This document shows, in pieces, positions 53,484-63,207 of a stretch of 64,000 nt of DNA; positions within the stretch are counted from its first letter, which is position 1, and each line of letters opens with the position of its first letter. Source of the stretch: an uncultured Chloroflexia bacterium (GTDB lineage: Bacteria > Chloroflexota > Anaerolineae > JAAYZQ01); assembly GCA_963700285.1 (NCBI GenBank), contig CAVOXA010000001.1, positions 896,001-960,000 on the forward strand, written 5' to 3'. The position numbers and the translations under genes were made by a program. The notes beneath the pieces are model-generated. The model made no database searches, was not told the origin of the DNA, and saw nothing but the letters and a program-made list of their open reading frames with translations.

Positions 53484-55223
53484 ATGCGAAGGAAGATAGG
53501 GATTCTGTTGTTGCTCGTTGCCATGGTTGCCAGTTCTCTGCTCATGGCCTGTGGTGCCGCGGAGCCAGAAGTTGTCGAAGTGGAGAAGGAAGTGACCTCC
53601 ATCGTCAAAGAGATGGTCAAGGAAACCGTGATCGTCGAGGGTACGCCTCAGATTGTGGAGAAAGAGGTAACCAAGATTGTCGAGGGTACGCCCCAGGTTG
53701 TGGAGAAAGAGGTGACCAAGGTCGTCTTTGTCACCGCGGAGGCACCCTCAAGCGGCGAGCCCAAGCGCGGGGGGACGCTCTACATCGGCCAGGACTTTGG
53801 TCCCCAGCACTTTGACCCGCACAAGACCACGGCCTGGGCTTCGCAGAACATCTATGAGCACATCTACGAAGGCCTGATCCAGTGGAACGAAGACGAGACC
53901 GAGATCATGCCCAATCTGGCCGAAAGCTGGGAGATCTCGGACGACGGGCTGGTCTACACCTTCAAGATCCGCGAAGGGGTCAAGTTCCACAACGGTCGAG
54001 AAATGACCCCGGAGGACGTCAAGTTCTCCCTGGATCGCATACGCGACCCCGATTCGGGCAGCCTCCAGGCCTCCACGCTCGACCTGGTCGAATCGGTGGA
54101 GGTCACGGACGACGGAATGGTTCAGGTTACCCTGAGCGCGCCCTCGGCCACCTTTTTGATCTCTCTGAATGATGAGCTGGGGATCGTGCCCCCGGAGGCG
54201 GTCGATGAGTTGGAGACCAAGCCGGTCGGCACCGGCCCGTTCATGCTGGACGAGTATGTGCTGGATCAGTACGTCAGACTGGTGCGCAACCCCTTCTACT
54301 ACGAGGAGGGCCTGCCCTATCTCGACCGGGTGGAGTTCAAGATCCTGGGCGACGAGGCCTCGAAAGAGGCCGCCATGCGCTCCGGGAGCGTGGATATGAC
54401 CTGGTTCCGCGACCCCCGCCAGGCGACGGCCTTGGCCGAGAACGTGGAGGGCCTGATCTCTGCGCCCGGCATTCCCAGCCGCTACATTCCCATCCGATTC
54501 AGCCTCTGCGATGAGCCGTTTAACGACGTGCGAGTCCGGCGGGCATTCAGCCTGGCCATGGATCGGGAGCAACTGGTAGATGTGGTGATCCCCTCCAAGT
54601 ATGGCGGTGGTGTCAGCGGAGTCCTGGCGCCATCCAGCCCCTACTTCTGGCAGGGGGATCCCATGGACATGCCCTACTACAGGCGCGACGTTGAGAAGGC
54701 TAAAGAACTGCTGGCTGAGGCCGGGTACCCCGACGGGATCACCATCGACGAGTACAAGGTCGTGGCTGCCAACCAGCTTGATGTGGACGGCGCACAGGTG
54801 TTGAAGGAGCAGTGGGCCGAGGCGGGCATCGATGTCAACATCGTGCCCATGGAAGTGGGCCAGATCCTCGATGACTTTACCAAGGGGAACGGCAACATGA
54901 TCCAGGTTGGGTATGTGTGGTCTCCTGACCCTGACCTACGGCTCTATCAATACTTCCACCCCTCCGCCGATCCGGCCAAGGCCTACTGTATCGACGATCC
55001 GATACTGGGTGATCTGCTCGACCGGGGCCGCACATCGGTCGAGCCCGCGGAGCGCCAGGAGATCTACCAGGAAGTCCAAAGGCACATCGCGGACGAGGCG
55101 TACTGGCTCGTCAACTATGGCTACCCGCTGCGCTGGGAGATGTGGCAGGACTATGTAAAGGGCTACCAGAACCGTCCTTCCAACAGCCGCTGGGCGCTGC
55201 GGACGACCTGGTTGGACAAATAG
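53484..55223 (+). CDS. ABC transporter substrate-binding lipoprotein (family 5, DppA-like)
   Basis: Lipobox LMAC; VEKEVT repeats; LAESWEISDDG..YTFKIREGVKFHNG, PVGTGPF. Confidence 0.95.
   Translation: MRRKIGILLLLVAMVASSLLMACGAAEPEVVEVEKEVTSIVKEMVKETVIVEGTPQIVEKEVTKIVEGTPQVVEKEVTKVVFVTAEAPSSGEPKRGGTLYIGQDFGPQHFDPHKTTAWASQNIYEHIYEGLIQWNEDETEIMPNLAESWEISDDGLVYTFKIREGVKFHNGREMTPEDVKFSLDRIRDPDSGSLQASTLDLVESVEVTDDGMVQVTLSAPSATFLISLNDELGIVPPEAVDELETKPVGTGPFMLDEYVLDQYVRLVRNPFYYEEGLPYLDRVEFKILGDEASKEAAMRSGSVDMTWFRDPRQATALAENVEGLISAPGIPSRYIPIRFSLCDEPFNDVRVRRAFSLAMDREQLVDVVIPSKYGGGVSGVLAPSSPYFWQGDPMDMPYYRRDVEKAKELLAEAGYPDGITIDEYKVVAANQLDVDGAQVLKEQWAEAGIDVNIVPMEVGQILDDFTKGNGNMIQVGYVWSPDPDLRLYQYFHPSADPAKAYCIDDPILGDLLDRGRTSVEPAERQEIYQEVQRHIADEAYWLVNYGYPLRWEMWQDYVKGYQNRPSNSRWALRTTWLDK
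53634..53723 (+). repeat. Two tandem 45-bp repeats (VEGTPQ[IV]VEKEVTK) in the SBP stalk
   Basis: GTCGAGGGTACGCC.CAG.TTGTGGAGAAAGAGGT.ACCAAG occurs twice. Confidence 0.8.
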
Positions 55224-55241
55224 GACAGGGAGCATAACCTC

Positions 55242-55275
55242 GGCCGGCGGGCCGAGATCCAACAGCCCGCCGGCC
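55242..55275 (+). other. Intercistronic stem-loop after the SBP gene
   Basis: GGCCGGCGGGC / GCCCGCCGGCC perfect 11-bp arms; typical mRNA stabiliser position. Confidence 0.6.
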
Positions 55276-55295
55276 TTGCACTTGAAGGAGATCAC

Positions 55296-56249
55296 TTGAG
55301 CCAATACATCCTTCGCCGGCTGTTCCTGCTAGTGCCTGTGATTATTGGGATTACTCTACTCAGTTTCATCGTGATCAAGATACTGCCCGGCGACTTGGCC
55401 GTGGCCATGATGGGGCAAGAGGCCCTAGACCGGATGTCTCCCGAGCTGTTGGCCCAGATCCGGGCCGACCTGGGCCTGGACCGTCCCCTCCACATACAGT
55501 ACCTTTCTTGGCTCTGGGATGTGCTACGGGGGGATTTGGGTACGTCTCTCGTCCTCAAGATCGAGGTTCTGCCCGAGATCCTCCGCCGTGTGGCCGTGAC
55601 GGGGGAGTTGGCGATCCTTTCCGTGGCCTTTGGGCTAATCTTTGGAGCGCCCATCGGCATCCTGGCCGCAACGCAAGGAGGGGTCTGGGATTGGGTCAGT
55701 CGTTTCCTGACCTCGGTGGGCGTTGCCATACCCAGCTTTTTCGTTGCCACACTGCTGCTGCTCTTCGTGGCGCCTGTGACGCCCTGGATCCCGGTCTTTA
55801 CCTATGTACCCTTCCGAGAAGATCCCATAACCAACCTGCTGATCATGATCTTCCCGGTGATCGCCCTGGGCAGCGGCATGGCCATGGTCATCGCCGAGAA
55901 CACGCGCTCCGCCGTGCTGGATGTGCTGGCCCAGGACTATGTCATCGTCGCCCGGGCAAAGGGGCTCCAGGAAAAGGCCGTCATCTGGGGGCACGTGCTC
56001 AAGAACGCCTCCATCCCCATCATCTCCGTCCTGGGCCTGCAGACCAGTTTTCTCTTTAGCGGGACGATCATCATCGAGACAATCTTTAGCCTGCCGGGCA
56101 TGGGCAAACTGGTGATCAACGGCATCTACCTGCGCGACTATGTTGTCGTCCAGGGTGTGCTGCTGTTCACAGCCGTCGCAGTCGTGCTGATCAATCTGAT
56201 CACCGATATCCTCTATGCCTACGTCGATCCTCGCATCCGGTACGACTAG
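55296..56249 (+). CDS. ABC transporter permease (DppB-like)
   Basis: LPGD, LGLDRP..QY..W....GDLG.S, DYVIVARAKG, IETIFSLPGMG, DPRIRY. Confidence 0.95.
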   Translation: MSQYILRRLFLLVPVIIGITLLSFIVIKILPGDLAVAMMGQEALDRMSPELLAQIRADLGLDRPLHIQYLSWLWDVLRGDLGTSLVLKIEVLPEILRRVAVTGELAILSVAFGLIFGAPIGILAATQGGVWDWVSRFLTSVGVAIPSFFVATLLLLFVAPVTPWIPVFTYVPFREDPITNLLIMIFPVIALGSGMAMVIAENTRSAVLDVLAQDYVIVARAKGLQEKAVIWGHVLKNASIPIISVLGLQTSFLFSGTIIIETIFSLPGMGKLVINGIYLRDYVVVQGVLLFTAVAVVLINLITDILYAYVDPRIRYD

Positions 56250-56269
56250 GAGAACCGAAGGGGTCAAGC

Positions 56270-57172
56270 ATGACGAACGTGTCCTCGTTGCGCAGTACAA
56301 ACTCACTTGAGGAACAGGATGCAAAAGCCGGGCGATCCGCCTATCACATGCGGTCCATTCGAGCCCTGTTCCGGAACAAGATGCTGATGGTCGGCGCGAC
56401 CATGGTCAGCGTGCTGTTCTTGCTGGCCATCCTGGCCCCTGTGGTGGCGCCCTACAGCCCCTATGCGATTGGGGTTGGGGAATCGATGGCCGGTCCCTCC
56501 GCAGAGCACATCATGGGCACCGACAAGCTGGGACGAGATCTCTTTTCTCGCATCATCTATGGCTCCCGCACCACGCTGCTGGTGGCCATCCCGTCCATCG
56601 CCCTGGCACTGGTCCTCGGGCTGGCCCTGGGTCTGACCTCCGGCTATCTGGGCGGGAGAACGGACCAGTTCATCATGCGCATCCTGGACATCTTTATGGC
56701 TTTTCCCGGGCTGCTGCTAGCCATTGCCATCGTGGCCATACTTGGCCCTAGCATCCGTAACCTGCTGATCACCATCGGCCTGCTCTACACCCCCAGCCTG
56801 GCGCGTGTCGTGCGCGCGCCCGTTCTTTCGGTCAAAGAGCAAGAGTTCGTGGAGGCGGCCCGGCTCTGCGGGGCCAAAAGCGAGCGCATTGTGCGGCGGC
56901 ACATCTTTCCCAACGTCACTTCGCCCGTCATTGTCCTCGTTACGCTGGCCGTTGCCCAGGCCATTCTGACGGAAGCCGCCCTGTCCTACTTGGGCCTGGG
57001 CGCGCCGCCGCCCAGTCCGAGCTGGGGCGAGATGCTCAGCACAAGCCGCTGGTTCCTGACCTCGGCGCCCTGGTACGCCATCTTTCCGGGCTTGGCCATT
57101 GTCTTTGCCGCATCGGCTTTCATCATCATGGGCAACGGGCTGCGCGACTGGATCGATCCGCGACGGCGGTAG
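56270..57172 (+). CDS. ABC transporter permease (DppC-like)
   Basis: GTDKLGRDLFSRIIYGSR, EFVEAAR, LSYLGLG..PP.PSWG, GLRDWIDP. Confidence 0.95.
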   Translation: MTNVSSLRSTNSLEEQDAKAGRSAYHMRSIRALFRNKMLMVGATMVSVLFLLAILAPVVAPYSPYAIGVGESMAGPSAEHIMGTDKLGRDLFSRIIYGSRTTLLVAIPSIALALVLGLALGLTSGYLGGRTDQFIMRILDIFMAFPGLLLAIAIVAILGPSIRNLLITIGLLYTPSLARVVRAPVLSVKEQEFVEAARLCGAKSERIVRRHIFPNVTSPVIVLVTLAVAQAILTEAALSYLGLGAPPPSPSWGEMLSTSRWFLTSAPWYAIFPGLAIVFAASAFIIMGNGLRDWIDPRRR

Positions 57173-57279
57173 TCTATCCGGTGGGCATATGCCCCTGTGC
57201 CAGCATCCGTGTGGAGAACGAACAACAGGTTGGTGGCTGACAAGCTTCACCACTGTACCATCTTTGATGAGGAAAAACC

Positions 57280-58833
57280 ATGAAGAGGATCGCAGTTATC
57301 GGTCTTATGCATGAGGCCAATACTTTCGCTCTAGAAATAAACGACAAGCCCGATGCCCCTGTTCTCCTGGGGGATGATGTACTGACCGACGAGCATCCCA
57401 TGAGTTGGCCGCAATTCATCTGGATCCGCGGCTTTGTGGACGCGTCCGCCAGACGGCCCGATGTAGAGCTGGTTCCCATCGCCGCCGTGAACTTTGTGCT
57501 GCACAACAGGGGTATTGTCTATGCGTCCGTGTATGAGCATTACCAGGACATCATCCTCTGCAAGCTCCGGGAGGCAGGACCAGTGGATGGGATCTACTTT
57601 GCCCTGCACGGGGCGCTGGCCGTAGAAGCACCCTATACCGACGCGGAGGACTGTCTCGTCCGGGCCGTCCGGGATCTACTGGGTTACGACATGCCCATGG
57701 TCGGCACCTATGACTATCACGGCATCTATACCGACTGGGAGGTGGAGGAGGGGCTGGTGCCTTTCCCCATGGACACCAACCCGCATATCGACGGTTACGA
57801 GAGGGGAGTAGAAGCGGCCGAGTGCCTGTTTGCCATGCTGGACGGTAAGGTTAATCCGGTGACAAAGCGCATCTTTGTACCCATCATCGGTCCCAACATC
57901 GGCCAGAGCACCTGGTCGCAGATCCCGGAGGACGAGGAGAAGCTTCCTGTCTACCAGTTGAACCTGCTGCGCGAGGAACTGGAAAAGACTCCCGGCGTCA
58001 TCAACCTGACCATCCAGGGTGGCTATGGCTACGCCGACACGCCCGACACCGGCATGTGCGTGATGGCTACCACCGATGGCGACCCAGAGCTGGCCAACAG
58101 GCTGGCCAAACAGCTAGCCCAAGCGCTGTGGGATCGCCGGGAAGAGATCCTGACGGTCCGGCCGATACTGCATGTTGACGAAGGGGTCAAGAAAGCCATG
58201 GCCATGGAGGGCCTGGTCAACCTGGTGGACCTGGGCGATGATCCGGGCAGCTCCACCCCGGGCGACAGCCCGGTGGTTCTGGAAAGCCTGATCCGCAACG
58301 GAGCCCGGGACTGTGCCCTAAGTATTCGCGACCCGGAGGTGGTGCGCGCCGGACTGGAAGCGGGGGTTGGTGCGACACTGACCATGAAAGTCGGGGCCAA
58401 GATCGACCAGCGCTTCTACAAACCCATCGAGATCACCGGCAAGGTCAAGCGCATCGACGACGGCAATTACGTCATCACCGGCCCGACCCATGCCGGTACC
58501 GGGAGGACCATCACCAGGGACTCTTTCCAAGAGCGAAATGTTGGCCCCCGTGTGGTACTGCGCATCGGCGACAAGATCGACGTCATCTTTAGCGAGCGCC
58601 ACACCGGCTCAGAACGTGACTTTTTCAAGAGCGCGGGCATCGTCTTTGAGGAGAAAAAGATCGTGGTCGTCAAGTCAAACCAGGCGCATCGTGCTTCCTT
58701 CGACCCTATCGTCGACGCGACCATCGATCTGCGTTCGCCAGGCATCAGCACGGTGGATTACGAGAGCCTGCCCTTCAAGCTCATTCCCAGACCCATCTAT
58801 CCGATAGACATGGATATGGAGTGGAGTCCCTAA
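57280..58833 (+). CDS. M81 family (MlrC-like) metallohydrolase, copy 1
   Basis: HEANTF, ALHGA, YDYHG, NPHID, DDPG, VVKS..HRASF. Confidence 0.9.
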   Translation: MKRIAVIGLMHEANTFALEINDKPDAPVLLGDDVLTDEHPMSWPQFIWIRGFVDASARRPDVELVPIAAVNFVLHNRGIVYASVYEHYQDIILCKLREAGPVDGIYFALHGALAVEAPYTDAEDCLVRAVRDLLGYDMPMVGTYDYHGIYTDWEVEEGLVPFPMDTNPHIDGYERGVEAAECLFAMLDGKVNPVTKRIFVPIIGPNIGQSTWSQIPEDEEKLPVYQLNLLREELEKTPGVINLTIQGGYGYADTPDTGMCVMATTDGDPELANRLAKQLAQALWDRREEILTVRPILHVDEGVKKAMAMEGLVNLVDLGDDPGSSTPGDSPVVLESLIRNGARDCALSIRDPEVVRAGLEAGVGATLTMKVGAKIDQRFYKPIEITGKVKRIDDGNYVITGPTHAGTGRTITRDSFQERNVGPRVVLRIGDKIDVIFSERHTGSERDFFKSAGIVFEEKKIVVVKSNQAHRASFDPIVDATIDLRSPGISTVDYESLPFKLIPRPIYPIDMDMEWSP

Positions 58834-58906
58834 TCTACTTGACCACTGTGACGCAGAGAATTTTGGCGCATCAAAGAAAACTATCAATATATTGGAGGCG
58901 ACAGTC

Positions 58907-60448
58907 ATGAGAATCGCAGTCGTAGGCATGTACCACGAGACCAACACGTTCGCCCTCGAAGAACACGACAAGCCCGACGCGCCGACTCATTACGGTGAAG
59001 AGGTGCTGGCCCATGCGCACCCCAGGAGCTACATCGGCGGCTTCATGGAAGCCAGCGCAAGGCGTCCCGAGGTCGAGCTGGTACCCACGCTGGAGGTAAG
59101 CTTTTTCCAGAGCGCGGGCGGCATGGTACACGCGGGGGTCTTTGAGCACTATCGAGACGATATCCTGAAGAGCCTGGAGGAAGCGGGGCCGCTGGATGGG
59201 GTGTACTTTGCCTTGCACGGGGCGATGGCGGTGGAGGCGCCTTACACCGACGCGGAGGACTGCCTCATCCGGTCCGTCCGCGACCTGCTGGGCTACGACA
59301 TGCCCATGGTCGGCACCTACGACTTTCACGGCATCTACACCGACTGGGAGGTGGAGGAGGGGTTGGTCGCGTTTCCGCTCAACACGAATCCCCACATCGA
59401 TGCCTATGAGCGGGGCATCGAGGCGGCCGAGTGCCTGTTTGCCATGCTGGACGGCAAGGTCAATCCGGTGACAAAACGGGTCTACGTACCCATCATGGGT
59501 CCCAACATCGGCCAGAGCACCTGGTCGCACATTCCCGAGCAAGAGGAAAAGCTACCGCTCTACCAGTTGAACCTGCTGCGTGAAGAGTTGGAAAAGGTCC
59601 CCGGGGTGATGAACATCACCATCCAGGGTGGGTATGGCTACGCGGACACGCCGGACACCGGCATGTGCGTGATGGCCACGACCGACGGCGACCCGGAGTT
59701 GGCCGACGAGATGGCGGAGCGGATGGCCGGAGAGCTGTGGGCGAAACGGGAGGAGATCCGGATGGTACGCCCCATCCTGGAGATCGACGAAGGGGTAAAG
59801 AAGGCCATGGAGATGGAAGGCCTGATCTGCCTGGTCGACCTGGGCGATGATCCGGGCAGCTCCTGTCCGGCCGACAGCCCGGCGGTGCTGGAGAGCCTGA
59901 TCCGGAACGGGGCGCGGGACTGCGCGGTGACGATCCGAGACCCGGAGGCGGTGCGTGCCGGCTTTGAGGCGGGAGTGGGCGCCACATTGACGCTGAAAGT
60001 GGGGGCCAAGATCGACGATCGGTTCTACAAGCCGATCGAGGTGACGGGCAAGGTCCGGTCGCTCGACGATGGGAACTATATGATCGTGGGTCCGACGCAC
60101 GGCGGTTGGAGCCGGGACGTAGCCAAGGAGTCGTTCCGCGAGGCAGAGGTAGGTCCGCGGGTAGTGCTGCGCATCGGGGACAAGATCGATGTCATCTTTA
60201 GCAACGACAAGACGGGGAAGGACCGCGACTTTTTCAAGAGCGCGGGCATCGTCTTTGAGGAGAAAAAGATCGTGGTGGTGAAATCAAACCAGGCGCACCG
60301 CGCTTCGTTCGACCCCATCGTGGATGCGACCATCGACTTGAACACACCGGGGCTGAGCACGGTGGACTATGGGAGTCTGCCCTTCAAGCTGCTGCCTCGG
60401 CCCATCTATCCCATCGATCTGGACATGGAGTGGAGTCCGTCAGACTAA
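58907..60448 (+). CDS. M81 family (MlrC-like) metallohydrolase, copy 2
   Basis: HETNTF, ALHGAM, YDFHG, NPHID, DDPG, VVKS..HRASF; close paralog of copy 1. Confidence 0.9.
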   Translation: MRIAVVGMYHETNTFALEEHDKPDAPTHYGEEVLAHAHPRSYIGGFMEASARRPEVELVPTLEVSFFQSAGGMVHAGVFEHYRDDILKSLEEAGPLDGVYFALHGAMAVEAPYTDAEDCLIRSVRDLLGYDMPMVGTYDFHGIYTDWEVEEGLVAFPLNTNPHIDAYERGIEAAECLFAMLDGKVNPVTKRVYVPIMGPNIGQSTWSHIPEQEEKLPLYQLNLLREELEKVPGVMNITIQGGYGYADTPDTGMCVMATTDGDPELADEMAERMAGELWAKREEIRMVRPILEIDEGVKKAMEMEGLICLVDLGDDPGSSCPADSPAVLESLIRNGARDCAVTIRDPEAVRAGFEAGVGATLTLKVGAKIDDRFYKPIEVTGKVRSLDDGNYMIVGPTHGGWSRDVAKESFREAEVGPRVVLRIGDKIDVIFSNDKTGKDRDFFKSAGIVFEEKKIVVVKSNQAHRASFDPIVDATIDLNTPGLSTVDYGSLPFKLLPRPIYPIDLDMEWSPSD

Positions 60449-60542
60449 CATCGATCCCAGGCCATCCTTGCGACGGTCAGGCAGTGCGCACCACTGCCAC
60501 CTTCGCAAGGAGCGGCGCAGGAGGGAAGAGGAGGAATCTTCC

Positions 60543-61844
60543 GTGAATAGTAGAACGCAATCCGAAAAGCTGTACGCTAGGTCATGCCAGTCCCTGGCCG
60601 GTGGTGTGAGCAGTAACGTACGTGCCGGGAAACTACCGCCGCCCATGTTCTTTGAGCGCGGCGCCGGTTCGCAGATCTATGACGCTGATGGCAACCAATA
60701 CGTCGATTATGTTCTGGGACAGGGCCCCCTGATCCTGGGCCATTCGCCAGCGCCCGTCCTGCAGGCTGTGGCTCAGGCCTCGGAGCAGGGGCAACTATTC
60801 GCCGGCCAGCTCGAGATGGAAATCACCCTCTCGGAAAAGCTGGTGGAGTTGATCCCCTGCGCGGAACTGGTCCGCTTTAGCAACTCTGGTTCCGAGATCG
60901 TGCAGGCCGCGCTGCGCCTTGCCCGGGCCTATACCGGCAGGGAGAAGGTGATCAAGTTCGAAGGGCAGTATCACGGCTGGTTCGACAACGTGCTCATCAG
61001 CGTGGCCCCTCCGCTGGATCTGGCCGGGCCTCGCGAAGTACCCAACGCAGTCCCGACGACCGCCGGCCAGGCCGCCAGCGCCCTGGAGGATGTGATCGTC
61101 CTACCCTGGAATGACCTGGATCTACTGGAGGCAACCGTGCGGCGGAGGGCCGATGAAATTGCCGCCGTGATCATGGAGCCCATTATGTGCAACACCGGCT
61201 GCATCCTGCCCAAGGAAGGATACCTGGCCGGTGTCCAACGGGTCTGCCAGAAGTATGGCATCGTGTTCATCCTGGACGAAATCATCACCGGCTTTCGGGT
61301 TGGCTTGTCCGGCGCCCAAGGCTACTTTGGCGTCACGCCCGACTTGGCCACTTTTGGCAAGGCCATGGCTGGAGGTTTTCCGGTAAGCTGCCTGGCCGGG
61401 AAGCGTGAGCTGATGAACCTGATCGCGGACGGGACCGTCAATCACTCCGGTACTTTCAATAGCAACGTGATGGCCATGGCGGCGTCACTGGCCACGCTGT
61501 CGGCCCTGGAAGGCGATGGCGTCTATGAGCGCCTGACCACCCACGGCGAGCGCCTGAAGGCGGGCCTGAAGCAGGCGGCGGATGACTTGGGCGTCCCGGT
61601 CCAAGTTAGTGGTCCGGGCCCCATGGTACACCTGGCCTTTGCCGGCCCTGAGCCGATCTATGACTACCGCTCCTTCGTGCAGAACAACGATATGGGCCGC
61701 TGCCAGCGCTTTGCCGATCTCCTCTTGGATCAGGGCGTTCGCTATATCCCGCGGGGCATGTGGTACCTGTCTACGGCGCATAGCGACGAGGATGTCGATG
61801 TCGCGCTGGAGGCGGCCAAGCTGGCTTTCTCAAAGATGGACTAG
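60543..61844 (+). CDS. Class III aminotransferase (glutamate-1-semialdehyde aminomutase-like)
   Basis: GGVSSNVR, DADGNQYVDY, NSGSE, KFEGQYHG, DEIITGFR, TFGKAMAGG, HSGTFN. Confidence 0.85.
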   Translation: MNSRTQSEKLYARSCQSLAGGVSSNVRAGKLPPPMFFERGAGSQIYDADGNQYVDYVLGQGPLILGHSPAPVLQAVAQASEQGQLFAGQLEMEITLSEKLVELIPCAELVRFSNSGSEIVQAALRLARAYTGREKVIKFEGQYHGWFDNVLISVAPPLDLAGPREVPNAVPTTAGQAASALEDVIVLPWNDLDLLEATVRRRADEIAAVIMEPIMCNTGCILPKEGYLAGVQRVCQKYGIVFILDEIITGFRVGLSGAQGYFGVTPDLATFGKAMAGGFPVSCLAGKRELMNLIADGTVNHSGTFNSNVMAMAASLATLSALEGDGVYERLTTHGERLKAGLKQAADDLGVPVQVSGPGPMVHLAFAGPEPIYDYRSFVQNNDMGRCQRFADLLLDQGVRYIPRGMWYLSTAHSDEDVDVALEAAKLAFSKMD

Positions 61845-61856
61845 GCCCAGCAGGCT

Positions 61857-61888
61857 AGTCGGGCGCGGACACGCATCCGCGCCCGATT
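61857..61888 (+). other. Intercistronic stem-loop
   Basis: AGTCGGGCGCGGA-CACGCA-TCCGCGCCCGATT. Confidence 0.6.
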
Positions 61889-61917
61889 AGAGGCAACAGC
61901 AAAGGAACCGATCAACT

Positions 61918-63039
61918 GTGGACATCTATGAGCAACTAGGGGTCAAAAAACTGATCAACGCCGGCGGGCCGCAGACCATCTATGGTGGCTCGTTGATGCC
62001 GCCCGAAGTGATCGAAGCCATGGCCGAGGCCAACCGGGCCTTTGTCAATATGAACGAACTCCAGGCCAGGGCCGGAGCTCGGATCGCCCAACTCCTGGGC
62101 GTGGAGGCGGCCCTGGTCAGCGCCGGTGCCGCGGCCGGGATGACGGTCTCCGCCGCGGCCTGTATTGCCGGCACGGATCCGAGCCTGGCAAAGCAGCTTC
62201 CCGACACCCGGGGACTGAAGGACGAGGTCGTCATTCTGCGCCGCCACCGCATCCACTACGATCAGGCGATCCGCCTCTCGGGCGCGCGCCTGGTCGATGC
62301 TGGATTCAGTGATGGGTCGTCGGCTATCGAGGATGTGGCGCCATGCATCAACCAGCAGACGGCGGCCATCCTGTACGTGGCCAAGTTTGAAAAGGCCGCC
62401 GGTTCGGTGCCCCTGGCCGAGATCGTCGCCCTGGGCCGGGACAGGGGGGTGCCGGTCCTGGTCGACGCGGCCGACGAACTGCCGCCACTGTCCAACGCGC
62501 GGCACTTTCTCAAGGTGGGCGCCGATCTGGTCCTCTTTAGCGGGGGAAAGGACATCTGCGGCCCACAGGCTTCGGGACTCATTCTGGGAAAGAAGGAGCT
62601 GATTGAGGCCTGCGTCGTCAACAACTGCCCCAACTATGGGATCGGCCGGCCCATGAAGGTCTCCAAAGAGACCATCGCCGGCTTGACCAAGGCGGTAGAG
62701 TTGTACGTCGAGCAGGATTTTGAGGCGGAGTGGAAGGCATGGGAATCGCAGAGGGACTATGTAGTTGAGCAGCTTGCAAGCGTGCCCGGGGTGCGGGCAC
62801 GCAAGAAAAGGCCGCTCTACCCAGGCCTGCCGCGCTCCTGCTACCTGCCGGCCGTCTATATCGATCTGGACGAGGAGGTGCTTGGTCTGACGGCGGACGA
62901 GATCGTCCGGAGACTGCAAGAGGGTGAGCCGAGCATCGTCGTAGGTCGGTATCCATCGGGCCTGGCCCTGCGCATGCACATGGTTCAGGAAGGGGAAGAG
63001 AAGCTACTGGCTGCCCGGCTTGTGGAGATCCTTGGGTAG
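61918..63039 (+). CDS. SelA-like PLP-dependent enzyme (DgaE/D-glucosaminate-6-phosphate ammonia-lyase family)
   Basis: INAGG..T.YGGS, VDAADE, FSGGK (PLP lysine), GIGRPMKVSKE. Confidence 0.85.
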   Translation: MDIYEQLGVKKLINAGGPQTIYGGSLMPPEVIEAMAEANRAFVNMNELQARAGARIAQLLGVEAALVSAGAAAGMTVSAAACIAGTDPSLAKQLPDTRGLKDEVVILRRHRIHYDQAIRLSGARLVDAGFSDGSSAIEDVAPCINQQTAAILYVAKFEKAAGSVPLAEIVALGRDRGVPVLVDAADELPPLSNARHFLKVGADLVLFSGGKDICGPQASGLILGKKELIEACVVNNCPNYGIGRPMKVSKETIAGLTKAVELYVEQDFEAEWKAWESQRDYVVEQLASVPGVRARKKRPLYPGLPRSCYLPAVYIDLDEEVLGLTADEIVRRLQEGEPSIVVGRYPSGLALRMHMVQEGEEKLLAARLVEILG

Positions 63040-63207
63040 CAGATTGAGCGGTCCTGGAGCTACTGGCGGGGTGTCAAGAATGCAATGAGACGGAAGAATG
63101 ACATAAAAATGCTCTCGTTGCAGATCCGTCCGACGCTCGAGGTGCGGGAGCTGTGAATCGTACATGAATGGCTAGGGTAGCAACCGAGGAAAGTGGGGCA
63201 GGTAGAC

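Noticed and set aside
57280-60448. Microcystin degradation (mlr) cluster
   Set aside because: mlrA, mlrB and mlrD are absent; the M81 family is broad.
60543-61844. hemL (tetrapyrrole synthesis)
   Set aside because: No hem genes nearby, divergent motifs (SSNVR rather than NSPVR), and a catabolic context.
61918-63039. Selenocysteine synthase SelA / Sec system
   Set aside because: Short SelA-like protein without the N-terminal tRNA-binding region; no selB, selC or selD and no credible in-frame TGA with SECIS in the window.
63186-63200. RNase P RNA motif GAGGAAAGT
   Set aside because: An isolated 9-mer in the RBS region of the SDR gene; no room for, or other motifs of, RNase P RNA.
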